Origin: a virus
Lineage: Duplodnaviria; Caudoviricetes
DNA: 52,047 nt
Virus record (IMG/VR): IMGVR_UViG_3300032237_000364
Coordinates: 1-52,047 of that record
Strand: one strand, 5' to 3'
Shown here: piece by piece, positions 18,624 through 28,570 of the stretch
Layout of the letters: the number at the start of each line of letters is the position of its first letter
Numbering within the stretch: position 1 is the stretch's first letter
The notes under the pieces: model-generated
The model's database searches: none
What the model saw: only the letters and a program-made list of their open reading frames with translations
What the model was told of the DNA's origin: nothing
Program-made: the position numbers and the translations under genes

Positions 18624-20516
18624 ATGGCAGACAAAACACTCTACGGCCGATTAAAACGATTGTTTAACAACAACGTGGTAGTTCGCAAGGTCGGAAAGGA
18701 AAAGTTACGTGTAGTGGATAACGACCACTTGCAATCTTTAGGAAATGCTCACAACTCAAAGTTTGTGGATCGTTTCACGAGATTACATGGTGTTAGACCT
18801 AACTCATTGAATACATTCAATCCAAATTACAATTACTTTTCTTCAAAGACAGAACTGTATACAGACTATGAAGTAATGGACCAAGATTCGATTATTGCAA
18901 CTTGTTTAGACATTTATGCAGACGAAGTTGTACTTAAAGATGACTTTGGCGATGTATTACGTATTACATCAAATAATGAAAATATTAAAAAGATACTACA
19001 TAATTTATTTTATGATGTATTGAATATTGAATTCAACTTATGGCCCTGGGTTCGTAACATGTGTAAATACGGCGATCTCTTCTTACATCTCGATATACAG
19101 GAAGATATTGGCATCGTAAATGTTACTCCAATGTCAGCATATGAAATTATACGTGAAGAAGGTATGAATATTAACAATCCATACCACGTACAATTCAAAC
19201 AGTTAGGAGGAGGTAACATCATATATGAAAACTTTGAAATTGCACACTTCCGTTTATTAACAGACTCCAACTTCCTTCCTTACGGCCGTTCAATTATTGA
19301 GCCAGCTCGTAAAGTTTGGAAACAGTTAACGTTGATGGAAGACGCGATGTTGATACATCGTATTATGCGCGCGCCTGAAAAGCGTATATTTAAAATAGAC
19401 GTTGGTAATATACCGCCAAATGAAGTTGACAGCTACATGCAGCGTATTATTAATCAAATGAAAAAGACGCCATATGTTGACGAACAAACGGGTGAGTATA
19501 ATCTTAAGTTCAATATGATGAACATGTTGGAAGATTATTTCTTACCAGTAAGGGGTGGTCAGTCAGGTACTTCGATAGAATCTTTAGCTGGTATGCAATA
19601 TCAAAGTATTGAGGACATCAATTACTTAAAAGAAAAGATGACTGCTGCTATGAAAGTTCCTACAGCATTCATTGGTTACAATGGAGAGTCTGCAGGCAAA
19701 GGAATGTTAGCTGCACAGGACGTACGTTTTGCTAGAACTGTAGAAAGAGTTCAAAGAATTGTAATTTCGGAACTTTATAAAATAGCTATAGTACACTTAT
19801 TCTCCCAGGGATATACAGACGCTGAATTGTTAGACTTTGAGTTGACAATGACTTCTCCGTCCACAATTTACGAGCAAGAGAAATTGACTTTATACACTAC
19901 CAAAGTACAATTGGCTGGTGATATGATTGAAAAGAAGTTGGCTCCTAGAAAATGGATTTATGAAAATATATTCAATTTCGATTCTTCACAAATTGATGAA
20001 TTTGAAGCTAACTTAATTGAAGACCAAAAAGATACTTGGAGAATGACTAAGATATCTGAAGAAGGTGAAGATCCTGCCGATCCTAGAAATCAAGAGCCGG
20101 AAGAGTCTGAGGGAGTAGAAGAAAAAAAGGGTGGTGAGTCTAAAGGTGAAGAGAAAAAAGCTCCGGGTGGAAAAGAAAATCCATTTGAAGAAGGCGTTGA
20201 CACTAAATTAGTTGACGCATACGACAAGCGTAGAAGCAAAGACAGAAAAAAACCAGAAGTTCCAGATGGTGGCTGGCCAGGTGCTGGTAGACCAAAAGAA
20301 GGTATAAAGTACAATTCACATGAACATCCTAGAGGCTACGATCCTATAGGAAGAGTAGCTTGGAGCAATGCCCGTAACAATTCTAGAAACGAGTCTATTG
20401 CAGACTCACTTAAGAAACATGGACTGCAAACAGCTAGATCAAAAAAAGCTAGTAAGAAATTAATTAAAGAAACTAGCATGTTGGATGAGTCAAATATTAT
20501 CCAAGAAGAAATCTAA
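18624..20516 (+). CDS. gp20: Portal protein (T4 gp20-like)
   Basis: LMEDAMLIHRIMRAPEKRIFKIDVGNIP and MLEDYFLPVRGG motifs; located after terminase. Confidence 0.93.
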   Translation: MADKTLYGRLKRLFNNNVVVRKVGKEKLRVVDNDHLQSLGNAHNSKFVDRFTRLHGVRPNSLNTFNPNYNYFSSKTELYTDYEVMDQDSIIATCLDIYADEVVLKDDFGDVLRITSNNENIKKILHNLFYDVLNIEFNLWPWVRNMCKYGDLFLHLDIQEDIGIVNVTPMSAYEIIREEGMNINNPYHVQFKQLGGGNIIYENFEIAHFRLLTDSNFLPYGRSIIEPARKVWKQLTLMEDAMLIHRIMRAPEKRIFKIDVGNIPPNEVDSYMQRIINQMKKTPYVDEQTGEYNLKFNMMNMLEDYFLPVRGGQSGTSIESLAGMQYQSIEDINYLKEKMTAAMKVPTAFIGYNGESAGKGMLAAQDVRFARTVERVQRIVISELYKIAIVHLFSQGYTDAELLDFELTMTSPSTIYEQEKLTLYTTKVQLAGDMIEKKLAPRKWIYENIFNFDSSQIDEFEANLIEDQKDTWRMTKISEEGEDPADPRNQEPEESEGVEEKKGGESKGEEKKAPGGKENPFEEGVDTKLVDAYDKRRSKDRKKPEVPDGGWPGAGRPKEGIKYNSHEHPRGYDPIGRVAWSNARNNSRNESIADSLKKHGLQTARSKKASKKLIKETSMLDESNIIQEEI

Positions 20517-20559
20517 AAGATTAAATTGTATATATTTATTATTAAAGAAAACAGTCTGG

Positions 20560-21405
20560 ATGAAAAGTTTAAAACACTCAAAGTTTAAAAATACTGGCGT
20601 TCTGTTCGAGCTGCTCGTTAGACAAGTTACGTCAGATACTTTGAACAATGTAGATTCAAAGGCAATACCTATTATTAAGAAGTACTTTACTAAATCTACG
20701 GAATTATCTAAAGAACTTAATTTGTATCAAACCCTTGTAAAAGAAAAGTTTTCTAAAGAGGAAAAAGCAAATCACTTAATTGATGCGGTATTAACAGCAA
20801 AAAGTCAGTTAAATCAGTCTATACTTAATAGACAAAAATACAATTTGATTAAAGAAATCAAAAATACTTTTGTATTGGAAGAATTTTTCAAATCAAAAGT
20901 AAACAATTACAAGACTTTAGCAGCTATATATAAAATGTTTGAATTTACTATAGCAGACAATCCAGTAGAATCTGTTAATAATAGATACACTTTAGTAGAG
21001 CATATAACCCAAACTTCGGTAAAAAAGAGCAATGAGTTAAATGAAATGTCTGAGTTTGTAAAACAAGACAAAGACGTTCGTTTATTGTCATATAAGATTT
21101 TAGTTGACAAATTCAATGAAAAGTATTCAAACTTAAATGAAGGTCAGAAATCTCTTTTAAGACAGTATATCAACACTGTATCTGAAGGTACAGAGATTAA
21201 AGAGTTTGTATCTAAAGAAGTTATTAAACTTCAAAAAGAGTTAAAAACTTTAAATTCGAAAATCAGTGATAAAGTCGTTAAAATTAAATTGACAGAAGTT
21301 ATCAACTTATTAAATGAAATTTCTACAGCTAAGTCACTTAAAGATAATCACATTTTAAGTTTGTTACGTTATCACGAATTAGTAAAAGAACTTAAAAAAG
21401 TATAA
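20560..21405 (+). CDS. Conserved helical head-morphogenesis region protein (start revised from 20485)
   Basis: TATTTATT motif at 20533 lies inside the longer ORF call and upstream of ATG 20560 (MKSLKHSKFKNTG). Confidence 0.6.
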   Translation: MKSLKHSKFKNTGVLFELLVRQVTSDTLNNVDSKAIPIIKKYFTKSTELSKELNLYQTLVKEKFSKEEKANHLIDAVLTAKSQLNQSILNRQKYNLIKEIKNTFVLEEFFKSKVNNYKTLAAIYKMFEFTIADNPVESVNNRYTLVEHITQTSVKKSNELNEMSEFVKQDKDVRLLSYKILVDKFNEKYSNLNEGQKSLLRQYINTVSEGTEIKEFVSKEVIKLQKELKTLNSKISDKVVKIKLTEVINLLNEISTAKSLKDNHILSLLRYHELVKELKKV

Positions 21406-21407
21406 CA

Positions 21408-21722
21408 ATGGCAGCAGCAGTAGTAAACGGCCCTTATAATTCCCCATCAGTTCCATATCACCAACAAGGTGCCCTGTACAATAAAACAATACGTGTTACT
21501 GGATCGATGAACAATCCATTAACACTAACTGGTAGTTATGCAAATAACTCTGGCTTTATAGTATTCAATACCGGCAGCGTGTTCTTAACAGGTTTCAATG
21601 GCACTGCGTATGTAGGTGCCGATTTTCATCAGACAGGTGTGAATCACGTAATTTATCCAATAGGACTATCGTATGTGTCTTGTTCATCAGGCGGAGATAT
21701 TTCTGTATTATACTCATCGTAA
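21408..21722 (+). CDS. Small hypothetical beta-rich protein (possible head decoration)
   Basis: 104 aa, within the head gene cluster. Confidence 0.45.
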   Translation: MAAAVVNGPYNSPSVPYHQQGALYNKTIRVTGSMNNPLTLTGSYANNSGFIVFNTGSVFLTGFNGTAYVGADFHQTGVNHVIYPIGLSYVSCSSGGDISVLYSS

Positions 21723-21731
21723 AAATTATTT

Positions 21732-22265
21732 ATGAGAAAATCATATTTAGATACATTTAGAAAATATCAACTCAGCGAATCTGTAGAGTTTGAAGACAAT
21801 ACCAATTTGGTAGATGACAACGCTGAAGATCCGATGGTGGGCGATGAAGATGATTTAGATGAAATGTCTACGTCTGCAGGGGCTGGCCCATATAACACTC
21901 CAAACGCTTTCGGTAAAGTTTCAAATGATACTGTCGAAATCTTAGGTTATAAGAAAGTCAAAGACAAACATAGAAACGAATCTACATATAGAAAGATTTC
22001 AGAAGAAATGTTTTTAAGTGAAGCTTCGTATCATGCATATAAAAAAGATCCAACATCAACACCTAAACAAAAAGTAAATCAGTCTATAACTGAAATACAT
22101 CGTAAACTACGTGAGATTGAAAAAGTAGTAAATCATAATGTACGTTTAAAACAAGAGGCAGGTGTTAATAACAGCCAATACTGGAAGTCGTCGCGTGAAA
22201 ATCTTACTAAAATCAGTGAGCGTTTATTGAGGGTTTCTAAACAATTAAAAGAGCTAGCAGCATAA
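21732..22265 (+). CDS. Hypothetical prohead-associated protein
   Basis: Acidic N-terminus with LSE/LDE sites, coiled-coil C-terminus, directly before the protease. Confidence 0.5.
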   Translation: MRKSYLDTFRKYQLSESVEFEDNTNLVDDNAEDPMVGDEDDLDEMSTSAGAGPYNTPNAFGKVSNDTVEILGYKKVKDKHRNESTYRKISEEMFLSEASYHAYKKDPTSTPKQKVNQSITEIHRKLREIEKVVNHNVRLKQEAGVNNSQYWKSSRENLTKISERLLRVSKQLKELAA

Positions 22266-22266
22266 T

Positions 22267-22875
22267 ATGAACAAGAAATTAATTATAGACTGTATATCGT
22301 TTAACATCACTCCGGAGATGATTAACGAGTCCATGGACAAGAATAACGGTAGATTAATAGTCAAAGGCGTATTGCAAAGAGCAGCCGCTACTAACCATAA
22401 TGGAAGAGTCTATCCTAAAGAAATTTTGATGCGTGAAGCAAAGAAATATTCGGACATTAATATTAAAGAAAGAAGAGCGTTGGGAGAGTTAGATCACCCG
22501 GATTCTACAGTGGTAAATTTAAACAATGTATCACATAATATTGTAGAGATGCATTGGGATGGTAACGACTTGGTCGGGACTGTAGAAGTTTTATCTACTC
22601 CGTCGGGAAATATACTTAAAGAACTTTTTAAATGTGGAATCAAATTAGGTATTTCATCAAGAGGTTTAGGTTCTGTTAAACAGCTAGGAGAGGATCGAGT
22701 AGAAGTTCAAGACGACTTTGAATTAATTGCTTTTGACTTTGTGTCAAACCCATCGACACATGGGGCATTTCTTAAACCAATACACGAGTCAGCTAACAGA
22801 GGATTGCTTTCACCAGCATTGAAATATGAAAGAGTTAACCGTTTAATTACGGATATTTTATCAGATATAAAATAA
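22267..22875 (+). CDS. gp21: Prohead core protease (T4 gp21-like)
   Basis: NHNGRVYP, ALGELDHP, LGISSRGLGS and DFVSNPST catalytic motifs. Confidence 0.93.
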   Translation: MNKKLIIDCISFNITPEMINESMDKNNGRLIVKGVLQRAAATNHNGRVYPKEILMREAKKYSDINIKERRALGELDHPDSTVVNLNNVSHNIVEMHWDGNDLVGTVEVLSTPSGNILKELFKCGIKLGISSRGLGSVKQLGEDRVEVQDDFELIAFDFVSNPSTHGAFLKPIHESANRGLLSPALKYERVNRLITDILSDIK

Positions 22876-22883
22876 CATAGTAT

Positions 22884-23087
22884 ATGACTTTAGAAGATGC
22901 ATATAAAATTAGTAAGGACAATATACGTCCATCTAAGTATTCAGAGAAGACTATATTCAATGTAGACCATTCCAGGCTGAACATTGACCGTATACCATCC
23001 AAATACAACACTGCCGGTGTTTTAGGTAATGGAAAAGATTCTTCCAAATTAAACATAGACTTTATACCGAAAAAATATCATGGGTAA
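22884..23087 (+). CDS. Small hypothetical protein with internal repeats
   Basis: 67 aa; S(R/K)LNID.IP.KY occurs twice and PSKY is repeated. Confidence 0.5.
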   Translation: MTLEDAYKISKDNIRPSKYSEKTIFNVDHSRLNIDRIPSKYNTAGVLGNGKDSSKLNIDFIPKKYHG

Positions 23088-23469
23088 TTTATCACTGAAA
23101 AATATAATGTCGGGAAGAATGACTGAAGATATATCAGAACCTTCTGACCAAATAATGAAAGGAGCTATGCTTCTTTTAAAACAGTCTACAGGTCTGAATC
23201 CAGCATTTCCAACTTTCAAAGGAAAAAATAAACGTACTAATTCAGCATTGTATGAATCTTCATTGTCTAAGGAAATACGTACATCATTAATGAAAATTTT
23301 ATTCACTGACATTAATTTAAGAATTACTGTACGTGAATTGGAAAATGTGATTGGCGGATATAGCTTTGACTTTACAATCGGAACCAATTTAACTGATGGA
23401 ACTACAGATATTATACCTGTAGGGACTATCAATTTCAAAGACAACAAGTACTACGCAAAATTTAATTAA
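23080..23469 (+). CDS. Hypothetical protein
   Basis: 129-aa ORF in operon-like packing. Confidence 0.55.
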   Translation: MGNLSLKNIMSGRMTEDISEPSDQIMKGAMLLLKQSTGLNPAFPTFKGKNKRTNSALYESSLSKEIRTSLMKILFTDINLRITVRELENVIGGYSFDFTIGTNLTDGTTDIIPVGTINFKDNKYYAKFN

Positions 23470-23470
23470 A

Positions 23471-24250
23471 ATGCCATATACATTTAAAAAAGTAGGTGAC
23501 AAATATGCAGTGTACAAAAAAGACACGGGTAAGTTGGTTGGTAAAACTAAAGGCACAAAAGAAGCTTTGAGAAAATACTTAGCAGCACTTCATATACACG
23601 CAGAGTCAATAAACACAGATATGAAAACAAACGGTAAAATTAAATTAGCTTCATTGGTTAAATTAACTGAGTCAGAAGCTTCGAAAGAAAGAATGAGCAG
23701 TACTCAGAAAAAGGCTTTTTTAGAAGCAGTATATCGGTTTGCTGAACATGCTAATGATATATACAGAAAGCATTCGCTTCGAGAAACTTCTAAATATTTA
23801 GGAGAATTGATTGAAGCAGCATCTAAATTAACATTGTCTGAGACTGAAGATTGGTTTGATAGTGCGACAGTAGGTCGTCACATGAAACATTTAAGTGAAG
23901 CACATAAAATATTTGAAAAAACTTCTCACGAAATTGAAACGCTTCAACAGCGTTTAGAATCTTGCTACGAGGACATTGGTTCTACTTTGAACAAGTATTA
24001 TGATATTGGTGGAATGGTAAATGAAGCTTCAGACTCTCATGTTGCTGGACCCACAGACTATCAAAGATTTTTTCAAAAAGCTATGAAGAAATTCAATGTT
24101 CAAGAGCCAGGTGATTTAGGTGATGAAAGAGATAAAAGGAAATTCTTCAATTGGGTTGATAAAAATTACAATTCAAGTAAAGAGCCAGGTAAAGACGGTG
24201 AAAAGAAAAAGGAAGAAGAAACTAAGAAAGAACCTAAAAAAGAAAAATAA
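23471..24250 (+). CDS. Hypothetical modular protein of the head region
   Basis: 259 aa; modules separated by HAE/LTE/VNE sites. Confidence 0.55.
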   Translation: MPYTFKKVGDKYAVYKKDTGKLVGKTKGTKEALRKYLAALHIHAESINTDMKTNGKIKLASLVKLTESEASKERMSSTQKKAFLEAVYRFAEHANDIYRKHSLRETSKYLGELIEAASKLTLSETEDWFDSATVGRHMKHLSEAHKIFEKTSHEIETLQQRLESCYEDIGSTLNKYYDIGGMVNEASDSHVAGPTDYQRFFQKAMKKFNVQEPGDLGDERDKRKFFNWVDKNYNSSKEPGKDGEKKKEEETKKEPKKEK

Positions 24251-24876
24251 TGAAACTGAAATCTATATTATTAGAAGCTGAAATGGACCAAATTGAAAAA
24301 ACTTTGAACCAAGCGTTCGGTGATGCGCTTCGTGACTTAACAAACAGCGCTAAGTCACAGGCCGGCGAATTGAAAGTCGACACTTCTTCTGTAGAGGAAG
24401 GTCAGTTGGATGAGGCGATAGGCGCCATGGCTATTATAGGAGTTTTATTAGCAATGCCTAGAGTAGTAGAGTTAATGGCTAAGCCTATATCAAAGTTCAT
24501 TAAATTGTCTAGAAAACTTTTAAAATCTAAATCTGTACAAGAAGAGAAAGCAGTTGCTGAAGCTATAATTGAATTTGCGCATAAATGGCACCATGCATAC
24601 GTTAAAACAATTAAATGGATTTTAAACGCATCGGGAACATTTAAAAAGGCTGGTATTACCACTGAAGATCAAAAAGAAAAAGCTGCTAACCTAGTTTACT
24701 ATATTATCATTGCTACATTAGCAGTTACATCAGGCTTAGAATCAATTCACGCTTTTAAAGAACTTGCCCACGCTGGTTTTGAAACTGGCACGCTGTCCAT
24801 GGCAGCTTTAGAGTCTGCATTGGTCAGTCTTAAAACGCAAGAAGTTGCTAAATTTGTTAAGAAATTAATTGCATAA
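24250..24876 (+). CDS. Hypothetical protein with MKLKSILLE leader and two hydrophobic helices
   Basis: AIGAMAIIGVLLAM and LVYYIIIATLAV segments. Confidence 0.55.
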   Translation: MKLKSILLEAEMDQIEKTLNQAFGDALRDLTNSAKSQAGELKVDTSSVEEGQLDEAIGAMAIIGVLLAMPRVVELMAKPISKFIKLSRKLLKSKSVQEEKAVAEAIIEFAHKWHHAYVKTIKWILNASGTFKKAGITTEDQKEKAANLVYYIIIATLAVTSGLESIHAFKELAHAGFETGTLSMAALESALVSLKTQEVAKFVKKLIA

Positions 24877-25048
24877 AATTTTTAAAAATATTTTTTACAA
24901 ATGGAAGTGTTTTGATACACACTTACATATTTATTTTTGAAACGCACAATACCTTGTGACACATTCTACTTATACAAGGTGCATACAATATTCTATTCTA
25001 TTAAGATTTCTAATAATCTTACTTCCGATTTAAACAATAAGAGGACAA

Positions 25049-26026
25049 ATGAAAGATCTTTTAAAAGAAGCTATCGCTGACGCAAAGGCGGTAAGAGACA
25101 CTGCTCTAGCTAACGCTAAAATTGCTCTAGAAGAAGCTTTTACTCCAAGACTACATTCTATGTTGTCTGCTAAATTAGCTGAGGAGATGGACGATGAATC
25201 TGACGAACACCCTGGTGATGGTCACGATGATATGCCAGAAACTTCAGAAACGCACGACGAACACCACATGGAAGATGACGGTACCGACAGTATGAGCGAC
25301 CCTAAGGAAATGGAAGAAGGCGATGAATGGGGTGAAAGAGATGGCGGCGATGAACCGGACCATTCAATGGACGGCGAACATTATGAAACAGGAATGGGCG
25401 GCGACGAAGATGATGATTTAGATTTAAACGAAATCATCAAAGAATTAGAAATGGATGAAGATTTGGAGTCTTCAGAAATTGGAACTGGTAACAACAAAGT
25501 AAGAGATTATGACTCTGCTGATGAAGAAGTTACTGACGACCTATTTGCAGAAGATGACGATATGGATTCAGAAATGGATGAAGATATCGACATCAATGAA
25601 ATTATCCGTTCGTTACGTGAAGAAGAAGACGAAGATGTTCCGGCTGAAAAAGAAGAAGAACCTGCAAGTTCTGAAGATTTAGAAGAAGCTTACAACGTTA
25701 TTCGTTTCTTAAAAGACAAAATCAACGAGGTTAATTTGTTAAATGCTAAACTTCTTTATTCAAACAAATTGTTCCGTAACTTCATCCTTAATGAAGGTCA
25801 GAAAATGAAAGTTATTGAAAACTTTGACAGGGCATACAGTTTGCGCGAAGTTAAATTAGTTTACTCTACTTTAGCAGAAGGCTTTAAAATGCCATCAACT
25901 AAGAAGATAGTAAAAGAATCATTTGCATCGAAGCCAGTCGCTTCTACTAAACCAGCAAAGCAAGTGATATCAGAAGGCGCGGACTTAGCAGCTCGTTTCC
26001 AGAAGTTAGCAGGTTTGAAAAAGTAA
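25049..26026 (+). CDS. Prohead scaffold/core protein (gp22-like by position)
   Basis: Highly acidic, coiled-coil, immediately upstream of the major capsid gene; ends RFQKLAGLKK. Confidence 0.8.
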   Translation: MKDLLKEAIADAKAVRDTALANAKIALEEAFTPRLHSMLSAKLAEEMDDESDEHPGDGHDDMPETSETHDEHHMEDDGTDSMSDPKEMEEGDEWGERDGGDEPDHSMDGEHYETGMGGDEDDDLDLNEIIKELEMDEDLESSEIGTGNNKVRDYDSADEEVTDDLFAEDDDMDSEMDEDIDINEIIRSLREEEDEDVPAEKEEEPASSEDLEEAYNVIRFLKDKINEVNLLNAKLLYSNKLFRNFILNEGQKMKVIENFDRAYSLREVKLVYSTLAEGFKMPSTKKIVKESFASKPVASTKPAKQVISEGADLAARFQKLAGLKK

Positions 26027-26055
26027 TTTATTAATAACGAAAAACACATTTAAGA

Positions 26056-27759
26056 ATGTCATTACAAACAATTTTAAACGAAAGCAATTCGACTCTCCGC
26101 AGACAAATGGATGAGACGAAAGCACTTGTTTCTAAGTGGAACAAGACAGGCTTGTTAGAAGGCATTGATAGCGAATACGAAAGACACGGTATGGCTATCA
26201 TGCTTGAAAACCAAGCAAAGCAGTTAGTAACAGAAGCTAACTCAACAGGTACAGCAGCTAACTCTGAACAATGGTCCGGGGTTGCTCTTCCTCTAGTACG
26301 TCGTGTATTTGCAGAAATTGCAGCTAAAGACTTTGTATCTGTACAGCCAATGAATTTGCCTTCAGGTCTTGTATTTTACATGGACTTTAAATATGGCACT
26401 TCACAGCCAGGTTTCCAAACAACTAACACCAACAGCGATCCACTGACAGGTGGTTATCAAAACGACTCTGTATTTGGTGTGACTAGCACAACATCAGACG
26501 CGTCAGGAGGTCTTTACGGCGCTGGTCGTTTTGGATACTCAATCAATGAAGCCGTTAAATCACTTAACACTTCTGCATCTGCAGCATTAAGTGCAGCTTC
26601 AGCTTCAGTAACAGTAATATCAGCAGGTGTTGGTGCAGCTTCGACTGATTATCTTTTCGACTTTGATACTAAATTCACTGCTGCGTATTCTGGTTCAACA
26701 GCATTTTCTTTGATTACTGTTACAGCATCGGCATTCACTAACCCAGACCTTCAAGGTGTTCGCGCATTTGTTGTTACCGGTTCTACTATTGCAGCTACAT
26801 TCCCGCAATTTACTAAAGTTGTAACTTCAGGAACTAGTACCAATGTTACATTTATAGTATCGGGTTCACTGACAGGTTCTCCTTCTAATACAGTAGCCGT
26901 AGTTTACCAAATTCAGCCAACAGCTGCAGCGCGCGGTGACTTCGAATCTGCAGGTTCTGGAATGTCAGCTAACCCAGAAACTAGTATCGGTATTCCAGAA
27001 ATTAACGTTGAATTGAAGTCCGATCCAATTGTTGCTAAAACTCGTAAATTGAAAGCTGTGTGGTCTCCGGAATTTGCACAAGATCTTAACGCTTACCACT
27101 CAATTGACGCTGAAGCTGAATTGACTTCTATGTTATCAGAATATATTTCTCAAGAAATAGACCTTGAAATCTTAGACATGTTGATACAGAACGCAGTGAC
27201 TACAGAATATTGGTCAGCTCAATTAGGATATGAATTCAGCACAACAGCTAACTCTGGCAACGGCGGATTTATTCAATTAGCTAACTCGTCAGCTGCTGCT
27301 TATAATCAAGGTACTTGGTTCCAAACTTTAGGCACTAAAATTCAGAAAGTATCTAACAAAATTCATCAGAAGACAATGCGCGGCGGTGCAAACTTCATAG
27401 TATGTTCTCCAGATATTGCTACAGTTCTTGAATCAATACCAGGCTATGCGGCTGACACTAACGGTGACAAGATGCAGTTTGCAATGGGTGTGCAGAAAGT
27501 GGGTATGTTGAACAGCCGCTTCACAGTATACAAAAATCCATATATGACTACTAACGTAATGTTATTAGGTTATCGCGGTTCTCAGTTCTTAGAAACTGGT
27601 GCGGTATATGCACCATATATTCCATTGATTATGACTCCGCTAGTATACGATCCAACCAACTTTACTCCACGTAAAGGGGTTATGACTCGCTATGCTAAAC
27701 AAATGGTAAGGCCGGAATTTTATGGCGTGGTCAAAATTGGCGGATTGAACTTAGTTTAA
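26056..27759 (+). CDS. gp23: Major capsid protein (T4 gp23-like)
   Basis: VSVQPMNLPSGLVFY, AKTRKLKAVWSPEFAQDLNAYH, YAPYIPL and PRKGVMTRY motifs. Confidence 0.95.
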   Translation: MSLQTILNESNSTLRRQMDETKALVSKWNKTGLLEGIDSEYERHGMAIMLENQAKQLVTEANSTGTAANSEQWSGVALPLVRRVFAEIAAKDFVSVQPMNLPSGLVFYMDFKYGTSQPGFQTTNTNSDPLTGGYQNDSVFGVTSTTSDASGGLYGAGRFGYSINEAVKSLNTSASAALSAASASVTVISAGVGAASTDYLFDFDTKFTAAYSGSTAFSLITVTASAFTNPDLQGVRAFVVTGSTIAATFPQFTKVVTSGTSTNVTFIVSGSLTGSPSNTVAVVYQIQPTAAARGDFESAGSGMSANPETSIGIPEINVELKSDPIVAKTRKLKAVWSPEFAQDLNAYHSIDAEAELTSMLSEYISQEIDLEILDMLIQNAVTTEYWSAQLGYEFSTTANSGNGGFIQLANSSAAAYNQGTWFQTLGTKIQKVSNKIHQKTMRGGANFIVCSPDIATVLESIPGYAADTNGDKMQFAMGVQKVGMLNSRFTVYKNPYMTTNVMLLGYRGSQFLETGAVYAPYIPLIMTPLVYDPTNFTPRKGVMTRYAKQMVRPEFYGVVKIGGLNLV

Positions 27760-27778
27760 TCGTAACTAAATAAAATTG

Positions 27779-27808
27779 AAAATGGGAATAGAAATATTCC
27801 CATTTTTC
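27779..27808 (+). terminator. Rho-independent terminator after the capsid gene
   Basis: AAAATGGGAATA-GAAA-TATTCCCATTTT stem-loop with T-run. Confidence 0.8.
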
Positions 27809-27862
27809 ATGTAAAGTTGATAAATCTATCATAGAATTCATAATTATTGTAAAAAGAATTCT

Positions 27863-28525
27863 ATGGTAATATATGAAACTATCAATAAAATAAACGGTAA
27901 ACGATATATTGGAAAAGATAAAAATAACGACCCAAATTATATAGGTTCTGGACGCGTCTTGCAAAAAGCGATAAAAAAGTACGGAAAAGAAAATTTTATA
28001 AAAAATATTTTAGAATATTGTAGCACTGAAAAAGAATTAAATGAAAGAGAAGTATATTGGATTGAAATTACAAATGCACAGAAATCTTCAGTCTATTATA
28101 ACATTGCTCCGGGTGGCAATGGCGGCGATAACATTACACATAATCCTGATAAACAGAAGTTTATTGATAAAATGATTTGCATTAATCGATCTCCTAGAAA
28201 AAATACTAAACATACAGAATCTACTAAACAAAATCAAAAAATAGCTGCTACGGGTAGATATACACTTGCATGGTTTCGTGAAAGGTACGGCGTTGAAAAT
28301 GGATTGATAAAATATAAAGAAAGAAATACATTTTTAAAACTTCGTACACAAAATGCGGTCGATGCTAATCCAGAAAAATTTTTACAACTTTTAAATGATG
28401 TTACATACAACACTAAACAAATAGCTGAATATTTTAATGTTTCTTTTTCAATAATATATCGAAAGTTAGACCAATGGTATGGGTGTAAAAGTTTAAAAGA
28501 GTATCGTAGTAAATTGTTTACTTAA
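27863..28525 (+). CDS. GIY-YIG (Seg-like) homing endonuclease
   Basis: VIYETINKINGKRYIGKD..YIGSG..AIKKYGKENF..E..YYNIAPGG. Confidence 0.85.
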   Translation: MVIYETINKINGKRYIGKDKNNDPNYIGSGRVLQKAIKKYGKENFIKNILEYCSTEKELNEREVYWIEITNAQKSSVYYNIAPGGNGGDNITHNPDKQKFIDKMICINRSPRKNTKHTESTKQNQKIAATGRYTLAWFRERYGVENGLIKYKERNTFLKLRTQNAVDANPEKFLQLLNDVTYNTKQIAEYFNVSFSIIYRKLDQWYGCKSLKEYRSKLFT

Positions 28526-28570
28526 ATTACTGAATACACTGTATTAATTTTTCTGTTAAAATATTTATTA

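Noticed and set aside
20485-20559. Longer N-termini given by the ORF track (also 29400-29429 and 36646-36696)
   Set aside because: They overlap upstream genes or promoter motifs, or use weak starts; downstream ATGs at 20560, 29430 and 36697 fit better.
27863-28525. Relic host-gene C-termini on the other endonucleases (11355, 17967, 27863, 44208)
   Set aside because: I compared their ends with the upstream genes' ends and found no convincing similarity.
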